This document shows, in pieces, positions 14,094 to 26,858 of a stretch of 64,000 nucleotides of DNA. A program made the position numbers and the translations under genes. The DNA is from Octopus sinensis (Eukaryota). The stretch's first letter is position 1. Every line of letters begins with the position of its first letter. Below the pieces are notes generated by a model that saw nothing but the letters and a program-made list of their open reading frames with translations, did not search any database and had not been told where the DNA came from. The stretch covers positions 18,352,001 through 18,416,000 of the forward strand of contig NC_043018.1 in the NCBI RefSeq assembly GCF_006345805.1. The letters are read 5' to 3'.

Positions 14094-14994
14094 TAAGCCT
14101 CATGCTGTGGCTTTTATCTGCAGGATTGTTTCTTCGTATCGTATGTTAAAAACACAATGTATATTGGAATGAGGTGAAGATAAACTCAGTAATGATTCAC
14201 AAGAGCATCAAATACGTTTGGTACTTTGTGCCTTGTCAATGGCAATAACTCATTCACAACATGCTGATATAAATTTATCCCCAGTGACACAGACAGCAAA
14301 CACTGAATAATACATTCACTGATAGTGCAAAAATCCTGCTGGGCTGAATAAAAGTCAGTGTACAAAGGCACCATGAAAATGTGACATGAAAATAATCTAA
14401 TCTTTACAATGATTTACAAGTTAAGTAGAGATTCCATTTTGTAAATTACTTTCAGCTTCAAAAACACAAATAATGATTTTCCAAGGCTTGCGAACATGGC
14501 TTATTAAATTTGGGAGTAATATTGTAAATAAAAATTGTAATAATGTAGTTTAAATAATAAAATAAGTGTCTTTAAAATCAGCACAATATTTCCAATAATA
14601 AAACTAGAAAAATAAGGAAAAATTGGGGACCATGAAAAGTCAATAGAAGAAACCAATAGCTTTTTTTTTATATATATATATATATATATAATTTATCAAG
14701 TATTTGTTTCATTATATTTAATAAATTAATTTGTTAAATACAGTTTTGAATTTACAGCCTGCTTCAAAGAGAAAACTTCAATCAAAGTAGAGACACTTAA
14801 TTGGAAACTAAAGATATTTCATCGCAAACACACACACATACATTGATCTTCATAGATGTAGATACACACACATACACACAGATAAACTTAGATATATGTG
14901 CGTGTGTGTGAGAGCATGCATGCATATATGCACACACAGACACACATAGAAATACAAAATATTTTATCTGTCATATAGACATTATATATGCATA

Positions 14995-15375
14995 GCTTGT
15001 TTACCAACCACATGGTTCTGGGTTCAGTTCCACTGCGTGGCACCTTGGGCAAGTGTCTTCTACTATAGCCTCGGGCCGACCAATGCCTTGTGAGTGGATT
15101 TGGTAGACGGAAACTGAAAGAAGCCTGTCGTATATATGTATATATATATATATGCGTGTGTGTATTTGTGTGTGTCCCCCTAGCATTGCTTGACAACCGA
15201 TGCTGGTGTGTTTATGTCCCTGTTACTTAGCGGTTCGGCAAAAGAGACCGATAGAATAAGTACTGGGCTTACAAAAGAATAAGTCCCGGGGTCGAGTTGC
15301 TCGACTAAAGGCGGTGCTCCAGCATGGCCGCAGTCAAATGACTGAAACAAGTAAAAGAGTAAAAGAGTAAAGAGT
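14995..15375 (+). mobile_element. SINE family A (a further head half follows at 15404-15570)
   Basis: Matches the consensus on the plus strand. Confidence 0.85.
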
Positions 15376-15847
15376 ATAATATATTTGCATACATACATAT
15401 AAGTGCAGGAGTGATTGTGTGGTAAGTAGCTTGCTTACCAACCACATGGTTCTGGGTTCAGTCCCACTGAGTAGCACCTTGGGCAAGTGTCTTCTACTAT
15501 AGCCTCAGGCTGACCAAAGCCTTGTGGGTGGATTTGGTAGATGGAAACTGAAAGAAGCCCATTGTATATGTGTGTGTGTGTGTGTGTGTGTATTTTTCTT
15601 TACTTTTGTTGTCAGTCCTTTTATTCTTAAAAACAATAACCAGTTTTGCTTTATTTTATGCCAAATAAATTGACTATGGAAAATTTGGAACCCCAGAATT
15701 TGTAGGAGAGGCATGTAGTCCTCTTTGAAATCCCTGCTGGAACAACAAACAAGGAGATTTTAAACATCCTCAATGTCAGCAGAAAGAAGATAGAAAATGT
15801 CAGAAAGGAGTTGAAACATTCAGGATTTGAAAACAAAATAACAGCAA

Positions 15848-16375
15848 TCATCATCATCATTGTTCGACCGTGGTCGTGACAATGGAATTTACTATGTTAC
15901 GCCAGACTTCACGGTCCATCATAGCATTACGGAGGTCCTGTTGCTGGATGCCTGTATCCCTGGAGATTACATCAGGGTAGGAGAATGTGCGCCCTCTGGT
16001 ATCGCAAGCAGATGGCTTCCAGAGGAGAAGAGTAGAAATTACTTCTTTTTCCGCTCTACAACAATGTCCAGCAAACTGGACTCTCCTACCTTTCACAAGA
16101 GGTGGTAGTTTCCCATATATTTGCATTTTGGTTGGATGGCGCTTCCACGAGAGATTTTGAGCTCTCATAAGGAGGCGAGTGTAGGTTCCATCCAACCACC
16201 CCTCAATCTTCTTTGATAATGTCCAGGTTTCTGAGCCATATAGTAGAATTGGTTCGACTGTGGCTTTGAATATTTCAAGTTTGAAGTCTCTACTTAGATT
16301 TGATGACCAGATCTTATGCATGTCATTACAGGCTGACCAGGCCATACCCTTTCTAGTTAGAAAGTAACAGCAAAG
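15848..16375 (-). mobile_element. 5'-truncated RTE-clade (RTE-X-like) LINE: RT C-terminus and (TGA)n tail
   Basis: Open frame RKGMAWSACNDMHKIW...ILLYGSETWTL...RRVQFAGHCCR...MMDREVWRNIV, stop directly followed by tgatgatgatg. Confidence 0.88.
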
Positions 16376-16381
16376 AGAACC

Positions 16382-16992
16382 TATGATGAAGGATCTTCTG
16401 CCATCAGAATGCTGGATTTTGTCACTGAAATCCCAGAGATTATCAAGAATGATCCCAGCAAGCACATCAGGTTAGTGGTGCATGAGGATAATCCACACTT
16501 ATCATAGAAGATGGGGAAAGGACAATTTCTGTTCAAAGCAATGCAGGAAAAATTATTCAAGCACACCAAGAAGGTGATCAACAAGTTGAAACACTCACTG
16601 GAACTAGATGTGCTGTGGTTCTTCTGAGAAGAATTTCTGCCAAGACCGGAAGAGTAACTCTCAGAGCAGCAAGTGGCTCACTGTCTCACTCATGAACGTG
16701 CCCACAGTCATGCAGACAAAATTTCCAGAGAGGGTCATGGTCTTTGGTGTTGTCAGCAGTGAAGGTGATGCCTTGAGGGTTCTAGGCTGAACATCAATGG
16801 CTACATCCATGTTCTGAGTGAAGGTGGTGAAACCCTGGATTGACTGGGTAGTTGCAAGGAGGTTGTACGTGGGGCAAGAAGACTCTGCACACTGTCACAC
16901 CTTCTGGAAGATCCAGGCTTGGCTGCTGGAGAAGTTTTTCGATCACACAGCACCTGACATTTGGCCTCCCAACTTACCCGACTGCAATCCCA
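16382..16992 (+). mobile_element. Decayed Tc1/mariner (maT/DD37D-like) transposase fragment
   Basis: Frameshifted motifs FS.EKNFCQDRKSNSQ, QTKFPERVMVFGVVSSEGD, VKPWI, QEDSAHCHT, WPPNLPDCNP. Confidence 0.82.
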
Positions 16993-17421
16993 CATACACA
17001 CATATATATATACAATGGGCTTCTTTCAGTTTCTGTCTACCAAATCCACTCACAAGGCTTTAGTTGGCCTGAGGCTATAATAGAAGGCACTTGCCAAGGT
17101 GCCATGCAGTGGGACTGAACCCGGAACCATGTGGTTAGTAAGCAAGCTACTTACCACACAGTCACTCCTGTACCAATGGAGTTTTATTTTTTGTCCTAAG
17201 ATGGTCATCATACAAATGAATACTGTCTACACCCTGAATATGAGGAGAAGCCATAACATAGTTTTGAATCACTTGAATTAAACTTTATTCATTGTGACAG
17301 TGCCTCAGGTGAAGTTATAATCAATTTGACAAAACCTTGCATAATTTTATTTCTAAAACTCCATTTCATTCTCTGGTCTGAAATCTTTAGTTTTATTCAT
17401 TAAGACTCCACAAAACTTGCA

Positions 17422-17760
17422 GTAAAGATTTTTGCCAACATAACACGGTAGTACTGGTTTAGGATGAATGTTACTGTAATTTATCCCTAGGAGACATCAT
17501 CTCCAGCTGGCTATATGAGATGATCTGTGTCCTTATATTTTCAAACAATTATTCTGTGCTGATGAAGGGAAATAACCTGGAAATTGTGATATGCAGATAT
17601 TGTTTTGAGCTGAGTTGGGCTGCTGGATTCCCTTGTGCAAAAATATAAGGACACAGATCATGTCGTAAAGCCAGCTGGAGACGATGTCTCCTGAGGCTAA
17701 ATTACAGCAACATTCCTCCTAGATCAGGATTGCCATATTATGTTAACAAATAATCTTTAC
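17422..17760. repeat. Fold-back element (about 120-bp diverged inverted arms) with hammerhead motif in the spacer (17553-17597, +)
   Basis: Arms 17422-17541 and 17638-17760; spacer TCTGTG-CTGATGA-A-GGG(AAATAA)CCTG-GAAA-T(TGTG)AT-A-TGCAGA. Confidence 0.7.
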
Positions 17761-18280
17761 TCCAAAGTACTGTTGCTGAATATCTCTCGTGAGATTTAAA
17801 TATAGTAATTTTCTAATCTACAAAACTTTTTTTGAAATAAGACTTGATATTCAACACTTGTAATGGAAAATATTGAGTAAACATTCTATCTTGTATCAGT
17901 TGGTAGAAAAATATATATATCTTTTCTATTTACATGTTCAAGTAAAATAGTTTTTTTTCTTTTTTTTGTGAGTATATGCCGAGATTAATTAACCCCAAAA
18001 TTAATTTCATGAATCAATATGGATATCTTTTTTCTAGAAGAATTTTTTTCTATATCTGAGGTTTTATTAATACAAACACAAGAAGAGGGTAGGTTATATC
18101 TTTTAGTGGGGTGGGGGAGGGGGAAGATGAGGAAGGTTACAGGGTGAAGGGAAGCATTTATGAAGGAAAAAGTAAAAGAAAAGAAAAAAACGAAGGAAAA
18201 GGTGGGGGAGGATTTAAAACAAATCTGAGAGAAGGAAAATATATATACTGTATGTCTACAGTTCATTTCTAAATTCCTAA

Positions 18281-18318
<38 letters not shown>

Positions 18319-18336
18319 CAGTTCTATATTGAAGAG

Positions 18337-18480
18337 ATGGTGAATTATTTACATTATTTTCATTTGACGGATATTTGTCCTCATCTTGTTTGTTGTTAAC
18401 ACGTTTCGGCTGATATACCCTCCAGCTTTCATCAGGTGTCTTGGAAATTTCGAACCTGGGTTCTCATTCCTAAGGTATTT
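18337..18480 (-). mobile_element. Penelope-like pLTR fragment with hammerhead-like core
   Basis: Minus strand gacacCTGATGAaagctggagggtatatcagccGAAAcg; same family as 48228-48555. Confidence 0.65.
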
Positions 18481-18506
18481 TGCAATATATATATATATAT
18501 ATATAT

Positions 18507-19167
18507 AAATTTTATTTATGAGATAAAAAACAAAGGCTGTGTAGATTTTAGAACATTTATAGATAGAAGGTATTACAGCTGTTTCCAGGATATTTATTAT
18601 ATCCCTTCATCAGACATGGTTTGAGATGATGGTTAAGAAATAGTTAATTTAGATAAGATATGAAATAGAGAGAGAGGTGGTGGAAATAAAAGAAAATAGA
18701 TGTGAGATATGTAGGGATATTGCATTTGTAGATCCATTTTTTTGGGCAGAATGGTACACATATAATATTCAAATACCTTATGAGTAAAATCCAATAGAAT
18801 TTAAAATTGGTCATTCCAAGTATAGAGTTTATACACAGTTCATACATACTTGAAATGACCAATTTTAAATTCAATTGGATTTTACTGATAAGGTATTTGA
18901 ATATTATATGTATACCATTCTGGCTAAAAAATGAATCTACAAATGCAATATCCCTACATATTTCACATCTATTTTGTTTTATTTCCTCCACCTCACTCTC
19001 TATTTTATATCTTATCTAAATTAGCTATTTCTTAAACACCTTCTCACACCATCTCCGATGAAGTGATATAACAAATATCCTGGAAACAGCTGTAAGACCT
19101 TCTATCTATAAATATTCTAAAATCTACACAGCCTTGGTTTTTTATCTCATTACGAAATTAAATTTTT
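18507..19167. repeat. Large inverted repeat (about 317-bp arms, 22-bp spacer) with a hammerhead-like motif in each arm
   Basis: 18507-18823 is the reverse complement of 18846-19167 (roughly 85-90% by eye); preceded by (TA)n. Confidence 0.92.
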
Positions 19168-19316
19168 ATATACACACACTGATATATGACCAACGTTGAA
19201 TCCCTTATTTGCATAATCACTGAATCTGGAACTTAACTGTAGTCCATCTATAGCACTCATTCAACATTACCTGACACCTTTGGGTCTCAATGACACCATT
19301 ACATCTCTCATAACCT

Positions 19317-19355
<39 letters not shown>

Positions 19356-19383
19356 AAGTTGGTGTGTGAAACCACGTGGGTAA

Positions 19384-19534
19384 ATATATAGAAAATAGTA
19401 AAAAGTGAAAAAACTACAGAAGGCTTGTTTTAAAAGGCTAAAAAATATATATTTGAGTGATTATGTCAGAAGAATGTTATAAATTTTTTAACCTTTTAAA
19501 ACAAGCCTTCTGTTGTTTTTTCACTTTTACTATT

Positions 19535-19545
<11 letters not shown>
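19384..19545. repeat. (TA)n-flanked fold-back, about 55-bp arms
   Basis: tagaaaatagtaaaaagtgaaaaaactacagaaggcttgttttaaaagg / ccttttaaaacaagccttctgttgttttttcacttttactattttcta. Confidence 0.85.
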
Positions 19546-19584
<39 letters not shown>

Positions 19585-19588
19585 CACA

Positions 19589-19710
19589 CAGGGTGTCTAC
19601 AAAGTCGGGTACATGGAGTAAATAAATCATAACATAAACAATTAAATATAAGAAATAATTTCTTGAAGTATGTCTTAATCCCCATGTACCCAGACTTTGT
19701 GGACACCCTG
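19589..19710. mobile_element. Tc1/mariner-type MITE, 122 bp
   Basis: About 28-bp TIRs CAGGGTGTCTACAAAGTCGGGTACATGG / CCATGTACCCAGACTTTGTGGACACCCTG in a TA-rich site. Confidence 0.75.
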
Positions 19711-19744
19711 GATATATATTGTCTGAGACAGGCATGGAACAGTG

Positions 19745-20083
19745 GGCATTAAATGATTTCTTCTTCATTGGACAATCCACAACAAAGCCTCAGTTTTTCT
19801 TTCATAGAAACTACCGATATCAAAAGCATCAGAACTTCGGTGAGAGAGATTTGGTGTTTATTCTTTCAAGTTAGCAGCTCTTCCTCTGCCCGCATTCCAG
19901 ATGCTTCTTTCAACCCCCCCCCCACCCCACCCCCGGGCTTCAATATATGCTGAACCTGGTGTACGACTGTGGTCAGTTGGTTGAATTTGTAATTCATTTC
20001 CGTTAGTCAACATTTCTGCTTTTACATTTCAACTTCTTGTCACATCTCCAATACTTGACAATGTTGACATTCTTATCACAAAC
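19745..20083 (-). pseudogene. Decayed FLYWCH zinc-finger / MULE-like transposase fragment
   Basis: Stop-interrupted frame VCDKNVNIVKYWRCDKKLKCKSR.. resembles the FLYWCH signature YWRC..K..CKAR. Confidence 0.45.
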
Positions 20084-20398
20084 ATATATATATAAAAAAA
20101 AAAAACAAAAAAGAAAAAACAAACAAACAAACCCAAAACACCATTACTTTAAATTTTCTTCTTTTTAGTACAACACAAACTCAACAATAATCAATATTCT
20201 ACAGACAAAGGAACGCCAACAAAATTTTGTACTGTATTGTCTGATTGGTTGATTTTCAGCTTGAGTGTCCAGTAAATTATATTAACCATAAATCATTAAT
20301 CACATGACTGCTGACAAAAAGAAATTCTACAAAACAATATATTCACAAAATGATTCTATGAAAAATTATGTGAAAAGTTATGGTACCTAAGTGTGTGT

Positions 20399-20447
<49 letters not shown>

Positions 20448-20449
<2 letters not shown>

Positions 20450-20617
20450 GAGTGGCTGTGTGGTAAGTAGCTTGCTAACCAACCACATGGTTCTGGGTTC
20501 AGTCCCGCTGCGGCATCTTGGGCAAGTGTCTTCTGCTATAGCCCGGGCTGACCAATGCCTTGTGAGTGGATTTGGTAGACGGAAGCTGAAAGAAGCCTGT
20601 CGTATATACGTATATAT

Positions 20618-20659
<42 letters not shown>

Positions 20660-20870
20660 GTGTGTGTGTGTCTGGTTTGTCCCCCTAGCATTGCTTGACA
20701 ACCGATGCTGGTGTGTTTACTTCCCCGTCACTTAGCGGTTCGGCAAAAGAGACCGATAGAATAAGTACTGGGCTTACAAAGAATAAGTCCCGGGGTCGAT
20801 TTGCTCGACTAAAGGCGGTGCTCCAGCATGGCCGCAGTCAAATGACTGAAACAAGTAAAGAGAGAAAAGA
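20448..20870 (+). mobile_element. SINE family A, full length
   Basis: Matches the consensus. Confidence 0.9.
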
Positions 20871-21038
20871 GAGAGAGAAAAGAAGGTTTATCTTTATCCT
20901 CATGGCATTTTTGGATAAAGTTATTCTGTTAATACATATCTTCTTTTTAATAAACATAAATCTGTCCTCAAACATCTTATGCACCTGTATATGTGGATAT
21001 GTGAGCTGCATGTAAATATGTTTGTGCAAATCTGTTAG

Positions 21039-21069
<31 letters not shown>

Positions 21070-21488
21070 CAAACATGATAACATGTAGCAGGTGTAACAT
21101 AAACACTTTGACACCCCACCCACCCCCACCCACCGCCTACATGTACATGTATGCACTATTAACTTCAAGAAATAAAACAATCAACTTCAAATTGGTAAAA
21201 CCCTGAACCATCCCTCATTTCACAAAACTATATTAGGAATCTGTTAATCAAAACGAATGACAGGTTGAAATATGTTAGATTTGGCACCACTCAAAGAAGA
21301 AAAACACCGAATCCGGACCCCTCCCCATATTTCTAGGACATATTCTACATTTCTCCAATAAACCAAATTAAGTGCCAATCCTCAAGATAAGTAGGTTGTA
21401 TGTAGCCATCCACATAAAATTCTTTTTCTACCCATAAATGTCACTTAATCAAAGCTGGTTGAATTCTTTGAGAATCATTCCTTTTTTT

Positions 21489-21523
<35 letters not shown>

Positions 21524-22344
21524 TTTCTTGCTTTCCTTAGCCTTTCTTTTCTGTTCTTTTTTGCTTTCTTCTGTCTATTGTTTCCTTCTTTTAATCTACC
21601 CCCACCTCTTACCTCTCGACCATTTTTTTTTCCCCCTTTTTCACGCATTTTCACTATTCTGTTGCTAATATTATTTTCAGGATCACCTGATCTGACGAAT
21701 ACATTTATTAACAGGCTTCATTGACTTCAAAGCTGTCTGAAGGTTGGGGTCCAGAAACTCTGTTCAACTTCATACATTGTTATTCCACTTGACCCAATGT
21801 GTAACATTTTTCCCATTACAGCAACACACACACACACACATACACACACAAACTCTCTCTCTCTCTCTCTCTCTCTCATGGAAAGTAATTACTGAATGTT
21901 CTAGAAGTAATCAGTTAGAAGCATGGTGATCAGATTTACTTTCAGTATTTTGGTCTCATGTCAGAAAGGCAGTGAAACATTGACAGGCATTTCCCTGCAG
22001 TGAAGTGTGGGGACTACCTGACAAAGAACCCTCTCAGACACTGCACTCAGCCCCTAGTGTGAGGAACACCATCACGGAGGATCTACGTTCTGAGATCAAA
22101 TCCCACTGAGGTCAATTTTACCTTTCATGGTTGATGAAAAAAGTACCAGTTAAATACTGGGGCCAATGAAATCAACTAGTCTTCTCCCACAAAACTTCAG
22201 GGCCTTGTGCGTATAGTTCAAAGTATGCAGAGGTCAACTTTGCCTTTCACCTTTTTAGCGTTGGTGAAGAAAGCACTTGCCAAGTACTGGTGCTGATGTA
22301 ATTAACTTGTCTCCCTCCCTTCAAAATTGCTGACCATCTACAAG

Positions 22345-22590
22345 ACAGCTTTGTCCGTCCACATATATCCACAGATGTTAATGCAAGCAACATCTATGGA
22401 AAGTATTGTTCCCCATGGGGCATATTAAGAAGCGATTTCAGATCCATAAATGTAGATAAGGCTACAGCTTGATACATATCAATTTTAGCTTTCTGAGTAA
22501 ATTCTCTTTGATTCCAATCACAGTATAACAATTTACTAAACGAGCCAATTACAGATCTGTTTCCTCTCGTTAGATGTCATTACTGAAGCA
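22345..22590 (-). pseudogene. Old LINE RT C-terminal fragment
   Basis: Frameshifted GSFSKL..W..R..T.KAKIDMYQAVALST / YGSE.. / ICGYMWTDK resembles the RTE/L2-type post-RT region. Confidence 0.45.
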
Positions 22591-22911
22591 ATGCTTCGAG
22601 ATTAGTATAAAAGGTTTTAATGAATGAACAATGGAGAAGTTTTATTATAACTTTAAAGCATGACTGGGTAGAAATATTGATAGTTTTGTTATCAGCCGTC
22701 TTTGGGTGTGTGGGTGTTTCCTGTGGGTGGGTGTGTAGGGGTTTGCTTATTGATGTGCCCAGATGCATGTATGTGTGTTGGTGAAGATGTTGGCCTCTTG
22801 AGGAATTTTGGTGTGTATGACTTTATTGATAAGATGGCATTTGCCTTTCAATGTCTCTGGGTACCTGTATGCGAGTCAGTGTGCAGGTGGTTGCTTGTTG
22901 ATTAGCTTGTT

Positions 22912-23142
22912 AAGGCGGCGAGCTGGCAGAAATGTTAGCACGCCGGGCGAAATGCTTAGCGGTATTTCGTTTGCGTTACGTTCTGAGTTCAAATTCCGCC
23001 GAGGTCGACTTTGCCTTTCATCCTTTCAGGGTTGATAAATTAAGTACCAGTTACGCACTGGGGTCGATGCAATCGACTTAATACCTATGTCTGTCCTTGT
23101 TTGTCCCCTCTGTGTTTAGCCCCTTGTGGATAGTAAAGAAAT
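22912..23142 (+). mobile_element. SINE family B monomer
   Basis: aaggcggcgagctggcag...gtaaagaaat. Confidence 0.88.
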
Positions 23143-23924
23143 TGGTCTAGTGGTCAGGGTGTTGTACTCACAATGGCTAGATTGTGGTGTTTGGTTCCCA
23201 GACTGTAGGAGTGTATAATTAAGACAATAGCAAGTTTTTAAAGTTAAGAGTTTTTACTTTGCAGTCACCTGTTTCTTATATCCCATCATGCTGCTTCTGG
23301 TCCGGGAATCTTTCCCCTAATTCTAGGACTCGTTAGACATGTGTCAGTACAATTAGATTAACAGCAACTACTTGAAAGCCTGTCAAATAAACTATAACAG
23401 TGACTCAAGGAGCAGGACTTGTTGCATGCCTTGTTGCATTGATTCCGCTTCAGAATTATGTTAAGAGCACAAGTATATGTGGACTCTTCCATCATAGTAA
23501 TTCAATTAGCCACCAGTTCCATTGACCAAGCAACTGGAACACTGCTGTACATACATGAGTGTTTGTGTGTTATATATAATCTGTGTGTGTACGCATGTGT
23601 GTGTGTGTGCACATGAACTGTAAAAGTACAACGATTTGTCAAAATCAATGAGAAAGTCTTTTGTATTTTTAAACGTGTGTGTGTGTCTGTGTGTCCCCAA
23701 GTGCTTCTAGGTCTATTTACATCTCCTTTTGCTTTCTTTTTTAATTTTTGTTGATTTTTTTTGTTGTTTTTATTTGAGGAGGAATTTGGTTTTTAACAAA
23801 GAACCAGTAGCAGTGTAGAGTTGGTATATGAAACTCCCATAAAGTTTTGGAAATGTGTGTGTGTATGTGTGTGTGTGTGTGTGTATATGCCTGTCCCATG
23901 TGTGTGTGTATGTTCACTCTCTTT

Positions 23925-24225
23925 TTCTCACTTTTACTTGTTTCATTCATTTGACTGCGGCCATGCTGGAGCACCGCCTTTAGACCGAGCAAATCGACCC
24001 CAGGACTTATCCTTTGTAAGCCTAGTACTTATTCTATCGGTCTCTTATGCCGAACCGCTAAGCTACGGGGACGTAAACACACCAGCATCGGTTGTCAAGC
24101 GATGGTGGGGGGACAAACAGAGACACAGAAACAAACACACACATATATATGTACATATATACAACAGGCTTCTTTCAGTTTCCATCTACCAAATCCATTC
24201 ACAAGGCTTTGGTTGGCTTGAAGCT
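23925..24225 (-). mobile_element. SINE family A, lacking head
   Basis: Tail and central part match the consensus. Confidence 0.8.
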
Positions 24226-24292
24226 ATGTTTGTGTGAAAGTGAAAGCAAAAATCAGAGGATATGGGGAGAGAGAGAGAAAGAGAGGTGTGTA

Positions 24293-24336
<44 letters not shown>

Positions 24337-24371
24337 TACACACATGCACACACACTTTCCTGTTCGTTTAC

Positions 24372-24527
24372 CTTTGGCGTCGTCTTCATTCTTCACTGAA
24401 ACCACAACATTATTGAAGAGCCGGGTGCTTGGTACACGAAAGGTGTGAAAGAAACCTTCTTCAGTGAGACCATTGTAATGTATTCGCATACATACGTGCT
24501 TTGATTTAAACAGCAATGGTTCCAACC
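24372..24527 (-). CDS. INPP5F: SAC2/INPP5F internal exon (hSac2 domain), 156 nt, phase 1-1
   Basis: Translates (G)LEPLLFKSKHVCMRIHYNGLTEEGFFHTFRVPSTRLFNNVVVSVKNEDDAK(E), matching SAC2 GPEPTLFGKPKFSCMRLHY...GYFHTLR. Acceptor tctatttttgcAG at 24529-24528; donor AG|GTAAAC at 24371-24370. Confidence 0.92.
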
Positions 24528-24769
24528 CTGCAAAAATAGATTGAAACAAAACAAATCAGAAAAAAACAGGAAAAATATCGGTGGGGGGGGGGGTTGTGTT
24601 GTTAAACGGTTAAACTTGATTGCAAGTTCAATCTCATTGTGCAGCATCATAGGCGAGGTAGGAGTGTTTTTTGTGCTGTAGTCCCAAGGTGCCACACAGT
24701 GGGACTGAACCCGGAACCATGTGGCTGGGAAGCAAGCTACTTACCACACAGCCACTCCTACGCCTACAT

Positions 24770-24982
24770 ATACTCTTTTACTCTCTCTTACTTGTTTCAG
24801 TCATTTGACTGCGGCCATGCTGGAGCACCACCTTTAGTCGAGCAAATCGACCCCGGGACTTATTCTTTGTAAGCCCAGTACTTATTCTATCGGTCTCTTT
24901 TGCTGAACCGCATAGTTATGGGACATAAACACACCAGCATCGGTTGTCAAGCAATGCTAGGGGGACAAACACAGACACACAA

Positions 24983-25013
<31 letters not shown>

Positions 25014-25170
25014 CGACAGGCTTCTTTCAGTTTCTGTCTACCAAATCCACTCACAAGGCATTGGTCGGCCCGGGGCTATAGCAGAAGACACTTGCCCAAG
25101 ATGCCACGCAGTGGGACTGAACCCGGAACCATGTGGTTGGTTAGCAAGCTACTTACCACACAGCCACTTC
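24770..25170 (-). mobile_element. SINE family A (extra head fragment at 24683-24762)
   Basis: Matches the consensus. Confidence 0.88.
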
Positions 25171-25384
25171 TACACCTACATATAGTTTATGTATGTTTAA
25201 TAGTTGTAGTTTCTGATGACATTGTTACAAAGTATTTGTGACTGTTTTGCTTTGGATCCTGACCTCTTAATTAATTAGTTTATTTGAATATCTAATGATG
25301 ATCAGGGTTTCTTTTATACTGTATATATTTTAATCTTATGCTTTGTCAATAAAAGAGAATAACACTCTTCTATGTACAGATGTC

Positions 25385-25777
25385 CTCATCGGGCATTTTA
25401 TTTTTGGAAGCACTCTGTCGGTTATGACGACGAGGGTTCTGGTTGAACCGATCAACGGAACAGCCTGCTCATGAAATTAACGTGTAGGTGGCTGAGTACT
25501 CCACAGACACATGTACCTTTAACGTAGTTCTCTGGGATATTCAGCGTGACACAGAGAGTGACAAGGCCGGTCATTTGAAATACAGGTACAACAGAAACAG
25601 GAAGTAAGAAAGTTGTGGTGAAAGAGTACAGCAGGGATCACCACCATCCCTGCCGGAGCCTCGTGGAGCTTTAGGTGTTTTCGCTCAATAAACACTCACA
25701 ACGCCCGGTCTGGGAATTGAAACCGCGATCCTACGCGTGAGTCCGCTGCCCTAACCACTGGGCCATTGCGCCTCCAC
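25385..25777 (-). mobile_element. tRNA-derived SINE family C
   Basis: Minus-strand head ggaggcgcaatggcccagtggttagggcagcg..ggtttcaattccc; homologous to 28105-28488 and 28863-29235. Confidence 0.85.
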
Positions 25778-26551
25778 ATTTTATATCTGTGTAGACAATA
25801 CACCGTGTCCATATAAATATAAGTATTTGTGTGTTTCCTTTAAGTAGATACAATATCTGTCTGTCTGAGTGTGTGTGTGTGTGCATTTATAACAGCGAAG
25901 AGGTTACTTGGATGAATGTAAGATACGCAATGCACATAGGATAGAGAAATGAATGCATATAATAAATTATATTTTAATATAAATCTTACATTTTCATGAG
26001 ACATAACAGGAAAGAGTGCACATATATGCAATATATATACTCTACTTAGATTATACATCGTTGAGTTTTTTTTCCTTCTTTAAATTGCACATTCTATCTC
26101 CTGTTTATCATTCTCATCATGAAAATTGCAAAAGTATAGAATACCAAATGAAAATTATTTTGAGACATACAGACTACAATAACAAAGTTGTAACATTATG
26201 AAATTAAAAAATTTTTTACAAATTTGCAGCATTTTAAAATTAACAAAATTATATGATTATCAAATTTGTAACATAAAATTATGTGACTATGAAATTATAA
26301 CACTGTACTATTTTAAAAATCATTAAATTTTGATTATTTAGCATTTTTGAACTTCCATTTGTATATTACTTCTTGTGTGTTGGTTTTCATTTATTGCATT
26401 TTGTATCTGAGATATTGTAATTTGGTACTTACTACACTAGTATTGTCTCACTTTGGTATCTCTTGTGTTTTTTGCTGTGGATTTGTGAAAATCTGAATAT
26501 TTATAACCTTTACATTTTGAATATATGTACACTTGTATATACGTATATATC

Positions 26552-26858
26552 ACCGTGATCACCGTGACCGACCAGGCTATCAGATGTTGCTACACATCGC
26601 TGGTCACAATGCTCTTTGCATTGTTTTAGCCTTCAAATGACGCCACCCCGCTGGCTAAGCGAGCAGGCCAACAGAAGAAAGAGTGGGAGAAAGAGTGGTG
26701 AAAGAGTATAGCAGGGATCACCACCCCCTACTGGAGCTTCGTGGAGCTTTTAAGTGTTTTTGCTCAATAAACTCTCACAACGCCCGGTCTGGGAATCGAA
26801 ACTGCGATCCTACGACCACGAGTCCGTTGCCCTAACCACTGGGCCATTGCGCCTCCAC
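26552..26858 (-). mobile_element. SINE-C head joined to a different 3' tail ending in acggtgat repeats
   Basis: Head matches SINE-C; tail gcgatgtgtagcaacatctgatagcctggtcggtcacggtgat, partly repeated at 29800-29900. Confidence 0.65.

Noticed and set aside
16380-16465. N-terminal part of the 202-aa ORF 15857-16465
   Set aside because: Read-through into the antisense of the adjacent Tc1/mariner fragment; only about 15857-16375 is LINE-derived.
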